DNA of 64,000 nucleotides, taken from contig JAKMXF010000222.1 of NCBI GenBank assembly GCA_024704765.1, positions 1,178,001 through 1,242,000 of the forward strand, in the 5' to 3' direction. The notes beneath the pieces are model-generated. The model did no database searches, had not been told where the DNA came from, and saw only the letters and a program-made list of their open reading frames with translations. The translations under genes were made by a program, and so were the position numbers. Origin of the DNA: Oopsacas minuta. Taxonomy: Eukaryota; Animalia; Porifera. This document shows positions 38,387-49,426 of the stretch, one piece after another. Within the stretch, counting starts at the first letter, position 1. Every line of letters begins with the position of its first letter.

Positions 38387-39303
38387 CAGTCAGGGGACAA
38401 AAGTATTCGACCACACAAATATATTGTCATAAATTGTATACTCTTTCCCGCTCCTATATATTGTGTAGTCTATATTCGTAGCTGCTATCTAGTAATTTGT
38501 ATAGAATAACACATGTTTTTCAAGAATTTCAAAAAAATATTTTAGATTGACACTTTTTGAAGGTGTTAATTATTAATAATTATTAGATAATTATTGATAA
38601 TCAAAATATGTGGTAATTCAAAACCTATTAAGAATCTATAATTTCTGACTTGATATTTGAATTCTACGTAGGCGAGTTACCCCAGATTGAAATTTCCAAT
38701 CGGATTGAGCAATTTTTACCAGAGTTATAGATGAATTTCAATTTTGTGCCATTTGTGTCACCTTTTGCCGAAGGTGGCACAAGTGGCCGCTACCAAGAGG
38801 TTATTTTGGAATTCAAGGGTTAGCATAGTCATATCATTCGAAAATACTACTTCGACTTATTCCTCCTAACCCTAGTTGATTTCCTTGTAGTGGCGCTTTT
38901 TCCTGCCACCTGTGCCACTTTTTGAAAAAAGTGGCACAAGTGGGACAAATTGAAATTCTTTTATAACTTTGGTAAAAATTGTTCAATCCGATTGGAAATT
39001 TCAATCTGGGGTAACTCGCCTACGTAGAATTCAAATATCAAGTCAGAAATTATAGATTCTTAATAGGTTTTGAATTACCACATATTTTGATTATCAATAA
39101 TTATCTAATGTTTGTGAATAATTAACACCTTCAAAAAGTGTAAATCGAAAATATTTTTTGAAATTCTTGAAAAACATATGTTATTCTATACAAATTACTA
39201 GATTGCAGCTACGAATATAGACTATACAGTATATAGGAGCGGGAAAGAGTATACAATTTATTACAATATAATTGTGTGGTTGAATACTTTTGTCCCTTGA
39301 CTG
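38387..39303. mobile_element. Palindromic Tc1-like MITE, copy 3 (917 bp), central spacer inverted relative to copies 1 and 2
   Basis: Same arms with TA flanks; more substitutions in the right arm. Confidence 0.93.
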
Positions 39304-39377
39304 TATATATAGATATATGTATGTATAATTCCATTAAGATTTAAAATTCGTTCGCAGCTTCATTTCCACAACACTTT

Positions 39378-41895
39378 ATGGCGGAACCTACTGATTTTGA
39401 GACATTGTCGCTAGTGACAAAAAGAAAGATGGTATGGGAAGAGATAAATATCATTACAACATTAGAAGAGGCCCCGAGAGTTAATTGAAACTCTCAAATT
39501 TATGGCAAGGAGGGTGATGAAAGCAGATTATGAGCTGTACTATTGCAAATTCAGCAGGACTACATATCCTGATTACTCAATAAAGGCCAAAATCGAAAAA
39601 TATGGTTCTGAGTACAAGGTTTACTTATTCGGTCACCACAAACATGATGAATGTAATCAAAAAGTAGAGTTGCTTAATAAAGGATTGTCTTAGGAAAAGA
39701 AGCAACTGTGTTTAGAAATACTAAAATCAAACCCCTGCACTCTACCTAGAAAGATATTTGATATTATGGTAAACCAAAGACCTGATCTGACGTTCGTACC
39801 TGACGATATTATCAAGATTCGCCATTTTAAACAAAATAACAAATCTAATATATTTGGTGTACATGTGGAAGACTCTCGTCAAGCGATGTGCAACGAAGTC
39901 TCTAAATACCAAGATCATTCACAAGTATTTGTTCGTCAAAAACCGGAAGAAATATACAATGACAAAGGGGAACTTTTCTTAACGATTCAACACATGAATA
40001 TGCTGAAAAATATGTCAGTTCTCAATAAGTTCATCAACTCTGATACAACTCATAGAATGAGTAAATCAAGATTGAACACTTTAGCATGCGGGTATGTTGT
40101 GACAATACTTTCCTGTTGATGTAGCATTTACGTGATCATGAAGTAATTTTAAACTATATTTTTCCTTTTAGCTCAGTTGACTGTCAATTAGTCTATCATC
40201 TGGGCTGTATTGTATTTGCTAGGCATGAAACAGCAAAAGAATATCTAAATATGTTCCGGTCATTAAATGAAGATATGCATAAGATGTTTCAATTTAAACG
40301 AAAAGAGACTCTTACTCGCAGCATGAATGATAATGATGATGCTATTTTCGCTGCTATAAGGGAAGAATTTACAAGTCCGCAATTGATCTTAGGAAATTGT
40401 TATTTCCATTTAGCTCACAGAAGTAAATGTTTAAAAGCTACCTGGGTTAAGAAGGATGGAATCACAAAGGCTAATCTAAAACCAATGCTTGAATACTTAC
40501 ACAGAATTCAGGTAGTGATTATCAATAATTATATTTCTAGGTGATTCATTTGGACAGCCTCCAAACTTGTTAAAATACTAGTTACACAATAATAATACTG
40601 TCTCATTATCTTTATTTAGAAATTACCAACCTACACTGGATCTACAATTGGATTGAAGTTATGGACAAATAAATATTCAAATACCTACCCGAATTCCATG
40701 AAGAGCTTCCTCTCAGAATATGGTCCCCCAAACAAAGATGGCTGGTTACGTAGTAAAGTTGGTCCCGGTATCCCAACTGATAATAATTCTCAAGAAAAAT
40801 TTTTCCACACCTTCAAGAGAACACTCATGCAAACCACACATGGTGATATATTGTATCTGAAGGAAGCGATTAAATGTATTTCATCACAAAGCAAATTGGA
40901 GTCGAGAAGTCTTCCATCACACCACTGGATCTAGATTGTGATCCTCCCAAGCATGTCCTCAGCCGTATTAGAGGATTTTTCCAAAGAGCATTTGAAAAGT
41001 TAGCTTCAAGTGAGTCTGATGGCATATTTCCAGCAGAAACATCTCCATTAGACGATTTACAAGGATTATCTTTAGAAGAATCATTGGCACAACTCCGCAG
41101 AAAGGTTAGTACATCAATAATGTGTACTCAATCCTTAATCTAACTACGAAGTTTATTCGTTGGTTCTCTTGACTATTTTAACATTCTATAGGATATACTT
41201 ATGGAAAGGTTATATCATTCAAAAAGAAAGTATTGCTACTTGCTAGAGAAGGCAATGTACCACACTCACCAGCAGAATATGCATTATATGGATGTTCACC
41301 AAATCCAGACTAGCTGGACGGAAGTTACAGCGCAACAACAGGAAGCGGATGAAGTAACTTGGAGATTGGATAGTTTACAACAAAAAATCGATTCAAGGTC
41401 TTATCCATCTAGCTACCTAATAACTTGCCAAACCCTTTTACTCTTTCAAATTCAAAACATTATATTAATCGAGTCTTTTTTGCTTTATTCCTATAGTGCT
41501 CCTGTTTCCTCTCGAAAGCAATTTGTCATCCCATGTAGAAGGTTACAACTTTTAAACTTTTCTTCGGAAGAATATATACAAGAAATTACCGACTTATTTT
41601 TGAAATATAAATCTGCGTCTCTACATGTGGATCAATATACGGATCTTGACTCCTTATTTTAGAAAGAGAAGGTTTCTATGTCATTACAGAATCCTTAGAT
41701 GAATCTTGTAGATATAAAGTTCAGTATTCCTGCACTTGTCCCAGCTATATGCACTACAAAGCATGTTCTCATGTTATCGCATATGGATTATTGAATAAGA
41801 AAATGGACGCTCACCCAAATGTAACTACTTTCGTAAAATCAGTGAAGAAAAAGCCAGGTAGGCCCAAAAGAGGGAATTGTTATTCATTCGATTAG
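39378..41895 (+). pseudogene. Multi-exon Mutator (MULE) transposase with SWIM finger, disrupted
   Basis: NSDTTHR, MNDNDDAIFAAI..GNCYFHL, TDNNSQEKF, SWIM CTCPSYMHYKACSH, KKKPGRPK. In-frame GT-AG introns 40092-40171, 40512-40619, 41105-41191. Stop at 39691 plus frameshifts. Confidence 0.75.
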
Positions 41896-42639
41896 GAGCG
41901 TTACCTTAGAGAGACACTATTAGCGAGGATTTGTTAATGTAGAAGAATATCTAGTAATTAACCATATTTTCTATTTCAGAATTACTTGCTAGTAATTATT
42001 GACTGTTTAGAATCCAACCTAGAAGTTACTAATGTAAATAATGTTTCTATACATTTTAACATTCTGGACTGAGTATATGAATCCACACTCTACAAAGGGA
42101 AATGTTGAAATGATACCAATATATAGAGCGTATAAGTTTAAACATTTGCCAAATTAATTGCTTTGTTTGCCAAAATAATTGAATCTTTAGTTCAGTTACC
42201 AAAATAATTGAATTCATTGGCCAAGTTAGTGGTACATCCGTATTGATATCGTAAACCTAAACATAGAAGTTCTGTGTTAGCAAAGTGAGGTAAGATGATT
42301 TATAGTAAAGGTAACGAATTTATATCGGGAATTCATACGTAGTAATCAAGGTTGCAACCGAATAGATCAATATTCGGTTCAACTGAATAATATTTGGCGA
42401 ATAGTTCAATATTCGGTTACTAACCGAATATTATCAGTAGATTCGGTTCGATCAGTTTCAACCTTGGTAGTAACTCCATTGATGGAGGAGATGCGAAATT
42501 CATTTGTTTGTTTGCCAGTAAACATGAAAAGTCACCTGTGTAGTTCTATTTAAATGTTGCAACTGTATTATTTTGCATTATCAGCTAAAATATTTTTGCC
42601 ATATTTTATATTCTCTTTATTAACAACTCTTCATTTATC

Positions 42640-43045
42640 AATGGATCGTGATCAGCCCTCCTTCCGGCTGATCAGAACAAGTAAGGGAGGACAAAAGCTG
42701 CTAGAAGGAGGATACCTATATTTGATGCACAGGAGAGTTGGAGAAATGTCAGATTGGCAGTGTGAGCAGGGAGGAGAGTCTAAAGCAAGGGTTCATACGA
42801 AGAGAATGGAGATAGTGAAGCGTACGAATGAGCATCTGCATGCACCTGATGTTCATTCGTACGCTTCACTATCTCCATTCCCTTCGTATGAACCTATGCT
42901 TTCTCTTTCCCTCTCTCTCCATGCCAATGTGTCAAATATCCTCTCTCCTACCTCTCTCCTGATTTCCTCCTCATTCCTGACGGTGCCGCTACCAATTGAA
43001 GTGGACAGTGGTCGAGATGTGGTAGCTGCACCCATGTAGAACATA
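42640..43045. mobile_element. Two head-to-head FLYWCH/MULE 5' fragments
   Basis: Plus copy FRLIRTSKGGQKLLEGGYLY..WQC..KARVHT..KRTNEHLHAPD. The minus copy is homologous to 10330-10545. Confidence 0.7.
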
Positions 43046-43969
43046 TTTTAGTTTTCTAGTTTCTATTTTTGTTTAGTCTTCTGTTTGTTATTAGATAAAT
43101 GTTTAATTAAGTAATTATATTTCTTGCAAGTTACTTATTAATAAGCCAGGCTTAGAGCAGAAACTGAAATTATGAGACAGGAGATGAACCGGAAAGATGA
43201 AGTACATGTATTTCAGGCTCGGGCTGAGCTAGCGACCTCTAGTCTGTCCATCCATCCTAACGACACTGAGTAATTGAGCAATCCAATTTAACATGAAATG
43301 ATATTTGACAAGTAAAATTAATGAAATCGATAATAAGATTAATGTTAGAGAATGTAGGTTGAGTTCTCTACTATACAAGTACTGTAATAAATTGAATATA
43401 GGTATAGTATAAATTTTCAAATACTTCAATTCGTAGATTAGTCATCACTCATCTCTCATTATTCTGACCCTGTTGTTCTTAATTGACTTTGTTCTGACTG
43501 AATCTCTACAGCACATTTACAGGTCTATTCTTTAATTCTATTATTTTCACCCTTCGATAACTATTTAATACTTCACTTGGCCACAATTATACCAAAACTG
43601 CTCTACAAATCATACGTGTTATTTGGAAGGAAACTAGATCGATGTGCTCTCGCTGAGTTCTACCGTTCACATATTACTTTTCATTGAATCTTCTATAACC
43701 AATCTTACCTGTCCCCCTCAATGGGCTATACTTGCCTTTGATGGTACCCATAATCGTGAACTAGTCAATAATATAAGTCAAAGTGAAATTCAAGGAAATC
43801 AAAATCAAGCATATGCTGTTGATTGTGTCGAAGTTGCTATCTTTTGCCTTTCTAAATCAGTAAAAAAGGTGTGAAATATGTAAAACACTTGACAATTGAG
43901 TCTTAATAGCGTTATTCAATTGTCTAGATGATGCATGCTCTGAGTACCTTTTACATTTTATTACGTAGT

Positions 43970-44045
43970 TGAGGGGTGCCCAACATCGGCCCGGCGTAAT
44001 AATTTCATCCAGCCCGCGCAAGCATGCACTGAGACTTTTGTACTT
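43970..44045 (+). mobile_element. Remnant hAT (Charlie-like) terminus
   Basis: GAGGGGTGCCCAACATCGGCCC...CAGCCCGCG resembles CAGGGGTG(C/T)CCAAC-type ends. Confidence 0.35.
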
Positions 44046-44286
44046 TGTAATATATACTATTTCTTAATGAACAATTCCTAAGCCACATTTCGATAGCATT
44101 CATACTGGGTGTCGAATTTCAAAGTATTTGACATTTTGAGGATTCTTATCCATTTTCAATACATGACAGGTGCATGTGTTTAGTAATAGTAATCCTTAGC
44201 GGTGTATAAATATAAACTAGTCAGACTCTGGTCATTTTGAAGTGTAATTAATGTCACGTATTTCTATTTAGTGTTGCTAGCATTCG

Positions 44287-44979
44287 ATGGCCTCAAGTAG
44301 TAGCATAAACAACTTCATCAAGGAATTCGGAGAAACTGACTTGTACACGTTTTTAGGAGTCTCTATAGATAGCAATGTGAAGGAGATAACATCAGCTTAT
44401 CGTAAAACAGCTCTCAAATACCATCCCGACAAGAATCCAGATGAAGCTAGTGCTGCTATGTTCCGTAAGCTCACCAGTGTGTACTCCTTGCTAACAGATA
44501 ACAGTGCACGTTCGGCATATGACAATCTAGTGAGGACGAGACTCGCTTCAGAAAAGAGAAGACTGGAATTTAGTGTCAAGCGACGTAAACTTATGCAAGA
44601 TTTAGAACGGAGGGAGAAACAGGGAGAAGATCTGGCCACCAAAAAAATGAACCATGAAATAGCTCGACTAAGGAAAGAGGGAGAGGCAAGGCTTCTAGCC
44701 GAGACTGAAATATTGAGACAGGAGAGTAAACCTGAAGATGAAACTACTTGTATTTTAAGGGTCAAGTGGGAATTATCTAAGGATGTTCACTGTTCATATA
44801 CGAAAAAAACTCTCACTCAGATGTTCGCTAAATATGCAGAAAGTACCACAGTTGTGGTTTCTGCTGGGAAAGGCAGAGCTCTTGTAGAACTGAAATCTGG
44901 ACCATGGACTTTTCAAGCTATCAATGAGGTTGGAATAAATGAGAATCCATTGACAGTTGAATGGCTTAGAAAAGGTTAA
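44287..44979 (+). CDS. DNAJC17: DnaJ homolog subfamily C member 17 (Cwf23-like), intronless, short C-terminus
   Basis: J domain with YHPDKNPD, charged helix RRKLMQDLERRE, RRM-like LRVKW..YT..MFAKY..GRALVE..NEVG..NPLTVEWL. Confidence 0.85.
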   Translation: MASSSSINNFIKEFGETDLYTFLGVSIDSNVKEITSAYRKTALKYHPDKNPDEASAAMFRKLTSVYSLLTDNSARSAYDNLVRTRLASEKRRLEFSVKRRKLMQDLERREKQGEDLATKKMNHEIARLRKEGEARLLAETEILRQESKPEDETTCILRVKWELSKDVHCSYTKKTLTQMFAKYAESTTVVVSAGKGRALVELKSGPWTFQAINEVGINENPLTVEWLRKG

Positions 44980-45449
44980 GCCATTCATTGATAGCTTGAA
45001 AAGTCCATGGTCCAGATTTCATTTCGAGTAGTTGTCACATGTTATAATGAGTTTTAGCATTATAACATGCGACAACTACTCGAGTTCCTATTTTTTGTAT
45101 ATGTGTGTAATTATGGCTGAATTAATGCTCTTCTTATTTAATTTGTTCATATCAAGTTCATTCGTCCGGTCAGAGAGTTTTATATTTCATAGGAGTACGC
45201 TCCTAATGTTCATACCGTCATAACGTTACGGTATGGAGAAAGAAGCTCATTTTTTCACTCTCCTAGATAGACTTATTTTGGTCGCAAATCATATGTCTAA
45301 AGGAGCACCCGATGCTCCTAAATTATTCCTTGGGTTCAGCATAGCCATGATTCAGCTTACGTTATCTATGGTAGAACCTCTATAAGCCGGAGTTACAAAC
45401 ATCAAGGGTACCTTAAGACAACTATTACTGATCTATTTACTTATTTAGT

Positions 45450-46685
45450 ATGCAAGCTGTTAGGAGATGGTTATTTATACTCCCTGTCCATCACAGATCG
45501 TTCTCCACCTCTCGTAACAATGTATTCATATTGAGTGCTGTACGTACTCCTATAGGGACTTTCCGTAGTAGTCTCTCTCCTATGTCTGCTTCAGAGCTAG
45601 GAGCTATTGCTATCTCATCAGCTGTTGAGAAGGCTGGTATCCATAAGGATCGTGTGCAGGAAGTGTATATGGGTAATGTATTGAGTGCTGGGATGGGACA
45701 GGCTCCCGCTAGACAAGCAGTACTGTTTGCAGGTATGTCTCATAGCACGGAATGTACTACTGTTAATAAAGTATGTGCTTCTGGTCTGAAATCTGTTATG
45801 CTAGCTAGTCAGAGTCTAGCTCTAGGAGATAGAGACTGTATGGTAGCAGGAGGGATGGAGAGTATGTCTAATGTACCATACTATCTATCCAAGGGACGTG
45901 GAGGGTTCGGATACGGACACCAATCGGTAGAGGATGGGATCATTAAGGATGGTTTATGGGATGTGTATGATCAGTTCCATATGGGGAATTGTGCTGAGAA
46001 TACAGCTAAGAAACTATCTATTCCCCGGGAGCATCAGGACGAGTATGCTGTACGTTCCTACAAACTGAGTGCTAATTCAGTACAGAGAGGACTGTTTAAG
46101 AAGGAAATATGTCCTGTTAGTGTTAAGCAGCGCAAGAGTGTTATTGAAGTAGTAGAGGATGAAGAGTTTAGGAAAGTTAACTTTGATAAAGTATCAAGCT
46201 TAAAGCCTGTGTTCCAGAGGGAGGGAGGTACTGTTACAGCTGCTAATGCCAGTACTCTCAATGATGGAGCAGCTGCTATAGTGCTTATGACAGAGACATC
46301 TATACAGAAAGAGGATAAGACTCCTCTAGCTAGAATTGTAGCATATGCTGATGGAGCTGTAGCTCCTATTGATTTCCCTATTGCTCCAGCTGTAGCAATG
46401 AAGAGAGCATTTGCACTATCTGGTTTAACCAAAGATGATATTTCTATGTTTGAAATAAACGAAGCATTCAGTGTAGTTGTGCTTGCTAACATAAAGCTAA
46501 TGGATTTAGATCAGGAGAAGGTTAACGTTAATGGAGGTGCTGTTTCTCTAGGACACCCTATTGGCATGTCTGGTACCAGGATACTAGGACATCTGGCGCA
46601 TAACCTGAGACCAGGGGAGTATGGAATGGCTAGTATATGTAATGGAGGCGGTGGTTCATCTGCTGTTATTATTCAAAAGATATGA
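45450..46685 (+). CDS. ACAT1: Mitochondrial acetyl-CoA acetyltransferase (thiolase II), intronless, 411 aa
   Basis: Basic N-terminal presequence; [30 protein letters not shown]. Confidence 0.95.
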   Translation: MQAVRRWLFILPVHHRSFSTSRNNVFILSAVRTPIGTFRSSLSPMSASELGAIAISSAVEKAGIHKDRVQEVYMGNVLSAGMGQAPARQAVLFAGMSHSTECTTVNKVCASGLKSVMLASQSLALGDRDCMVAGGMESMSNVPYYLSKGRGGFGYGHQSVEDGIIKDGLWDVYDQFHMGNCAENTAKKLSIPREHQDEYAVRSYKLSANSVQRGLFKKEICPVSVKQRKSVIEVVEDEEFRKVNFDKVSSLKPVFQREGGTVTAANASTLNDGAAAIVLMTETSIQKEDKTPLARIVAYADGAVAPIDFPIAPAVAMKRAFALSGLTKDDISMFEINEAFSVVVLANIKLMDLDQEKVNVNGGAVSLGHPIGMSGTRILGHLAHNLRPGEYGMASICNGGGGSSAVIIQKI

Positions 46686-46986
46686 ATTCGTAATTTAGAG
46701 TATTTGTTAATTATTCGAATAAAATAATATAATCTATGCTAATTCTTAACTTTAGATATCGAATATTTTGTGTTGCAATTATCCTACCTTCTAATTGTTC
46801 TCTTTTTATTAGTTTATTGTAATAGAATAGAGAATCTCACTCAGTCTTATAGATTAACACTAATTTCTTAATTTTGTGGCTATTATGCCTTAATCAGGTA
46901 TAAACTCAATTTGGCATAATTTCCGATTATAAATATATCAAACTGGTTTTTAGAATAGTTATATAGATTGAGTATTCAATTGAAAT

Positions 46987-49180
46987 ATGGAAAGTTTGGA
47001 GACGGAAGTAGATGCTCTGAGATTCAACTCACAAGGCTATGTGACTAATGGGAGAGCTAAACCCGTTAACTTTAAGGACGGGGTTAATATACAGGATTTA
47101 AAACAAGGAGTTGACTTTGAGATCTCAGATAACCCAGAAGATGACTACGATTCAGATAACCCACATGCTAGCGATGAATTGGAGAAAGGAGAATCATACT
47201 TTGATGACGAGGAGTTGTTTAGAAATCTGAACTTTGACTGTACTATAGAACCAGGTAGTAACTGGTAGTTATGATAATATAATTGGTTACGTAGTATTAT
47301 TGAATCTTGGTTATTTATAAATTATCTAGATGAAAATGATAATACCCCTCTGCCACCATTCGCAAAACTAGCACAAGAAATGGAGAGTATTACACCTGAT
47401 AAGAAAGTAATGAAAAAGGTGTTAAGAGTAGGTGTAGGTGAGCTGGTACCAGATGGAGCTCTCTGTAAGGTACACTATAACGGATATATAGAGTATCAAG
47501 ATGTACCATTTGACAGCAGTAGACTACGAAGAAGACCTCACACATTCAGATTGGGAAGAGGAGAGGTTATCGTTGGTTGGGACATAGGGATAAAAACTAT
47601 GCGAAAAGATGAAATCGCGAAATTTCTTATCTCTTATGAGTACGCGTTTAGAAAAATGGGATGCCCACCTAGAGTACCACCTGAGGCTACCCTCCTGTTT
47701 GAGGTAATTGTAGGTTTTATGTATCTTTATAACTAATTAGAAATTGGAAGTGATGCAATTTTAAATATCGTTATTATCTTAGAAATTAAGATACTATTTC
47801 GGATTTTTATTCCTAACACCATATATAGCAACAATTACAATCTCTAATATTTATTATGCTAAGCTATAAGGGATTTGTATAATTACGAACAGTCAGTGTA
47901 TATTTCTATTTAACTGATTCCGCTTAAAAAGCGGAAACTCGAAAGGGATACTCCTTTCCCTAGGGTATCGATAAGCTAGCCCTTTCGCTTATTCACTTTC
48001 TAAAAGTTTGTTCGATACCTTTGAGTGGGAGGAACCCTAAATCCGTATTCCATTTAAATCTCATCATCATCACTATTTGTGATAAAATTTAGCATTATGA
48101 GATCTCTTAAAAATTATAATAGTTATACATATATGGTATGATATTATTGTTGTTTATGTATAATACCCCAAGAATATACTTCCATATAGTTTAAACTAGC
48201 CTGGATATTAACAAAATGAATACACATAATATTAAATAAACACAAAACAAAGCTTGTGTGTGTTGGAATGGATTGTTGAGCTAGGATATACTATACTCTA
48301 ACGATCCATTCCAACACACAGCCACATTCAATCGCATCTTCTCTCCCTTCAGATAGAGCTAATCAGCTGGGTAGATAACGCAGCAGCTGACGAGTACAGT
48401 AAACTTAGTTCAGAAGAGAAGAGAGGCAAAACATTCCAAGAGATGCTACAAGTTGTACACGGAGAGAGAGAAATGGGAAATGAACACTTCATGTCTCAAC
48501 ACTACGTTAAGGCTGCACGTTGCTATAACACAGCTGTTAGACTACTGGAAGGAGTAATGCTTAAAGATGAAGAAGAAGAGAAGGTTTGGAAGGAAGACTT
48601 AACTCGTCTCAAACTGAACCAAGCGCTCGTGTCACTCAGACTGACAAACAGTCGTGCTGCGTTGCGTTACTGCAGAGAAGTGCTAGATCATGACCAGAGG
48701 AATGTTAAGGCCTTCTACAGGTCAGGACAGGCGTATAAACAGCTGGGAGAGTTCGACAGAGCAAAAGAGAATTATCTAATCGCGTTGAAGGCTGCTCCCA
48801 AGAATATTGAGATTCGCAGAGAGATAGAAGACTTGGATCGTGTGGTCACAGAGCACAAAACACGCGAAAAGAATATTTATCGCAAAATGTTTCATAATGA
48901 AAGATCTAAAGCTCCACTCCAAAATAAACTATCTCTCCGCGACCTCAAGGTACCTGATGAATTCATAACAGAATTGAGAATAACTCTCAGAGAATTAGTA
49001 GAAGATGACTCCCGTTACGAAATTAATCTCCCTTCTACCTTTACAGAGGAAGAGTGTCTCGCTGCTAAACTAGTTGCTGAAGAGATGAATCTTCAAGTGA
49101 CACTACCTGATTTCAGTAAACGCTATTCTGTGCGCATCAACAAGCAAGAAAAACCCCTAACAGAGCTGGAATATTATTAA
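46987..49180 (+). CDS. FKBP6: FKBP-type PPIase-like plus TPR co-chaperone (FKBP6/Shutdown-like); exons 46987-47254, 47330-47703, 48353-49180; ~489 aa
   Basis: Splice phases checked (G+AT = D; GAG/ATA). PFAKLAQEM, VHYNGYIEYQDVPFDS, MGCPPRVPPEATLLFEIEL, three TPR-like helices (KAFYRSGQA). Confidence 0.8.
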
Positions 49181-49426
49181 TATTTTAGATTATGTAAATT
49201 ATGTTGTTAGTTTGTATTTAAATATATGAGCATTTGATTACATCTGTTTGTATCGTAATGACATGATCTGTAGCCATTTCTTGCTAATATGAATCTATTT
49301 CTCCCTCACGTAGGCCCTGTACTGGCATGATATTGTGGTCTTGTAACATACTGATAGATAGTATTTTCTAATCTTTTATTATAGTGTATACTCTCTAATG
49401 AAATAATTGTCTGCAATCCGATCACT

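Noticed and set aside
1-43500. Uni-strand (flamenco-like) piRNA cluster
   Set aside because: Transposase orientations are mixed, in roughly equal numbers on + and -.
44397-46492. Minus-strand ORFs 44397-44765 and 46058-46492 (also 24051-24365, 31422-31820, 59165-59488)
   Set aside because: Antisense shadows of real coding sequences, with no motifs of their own.
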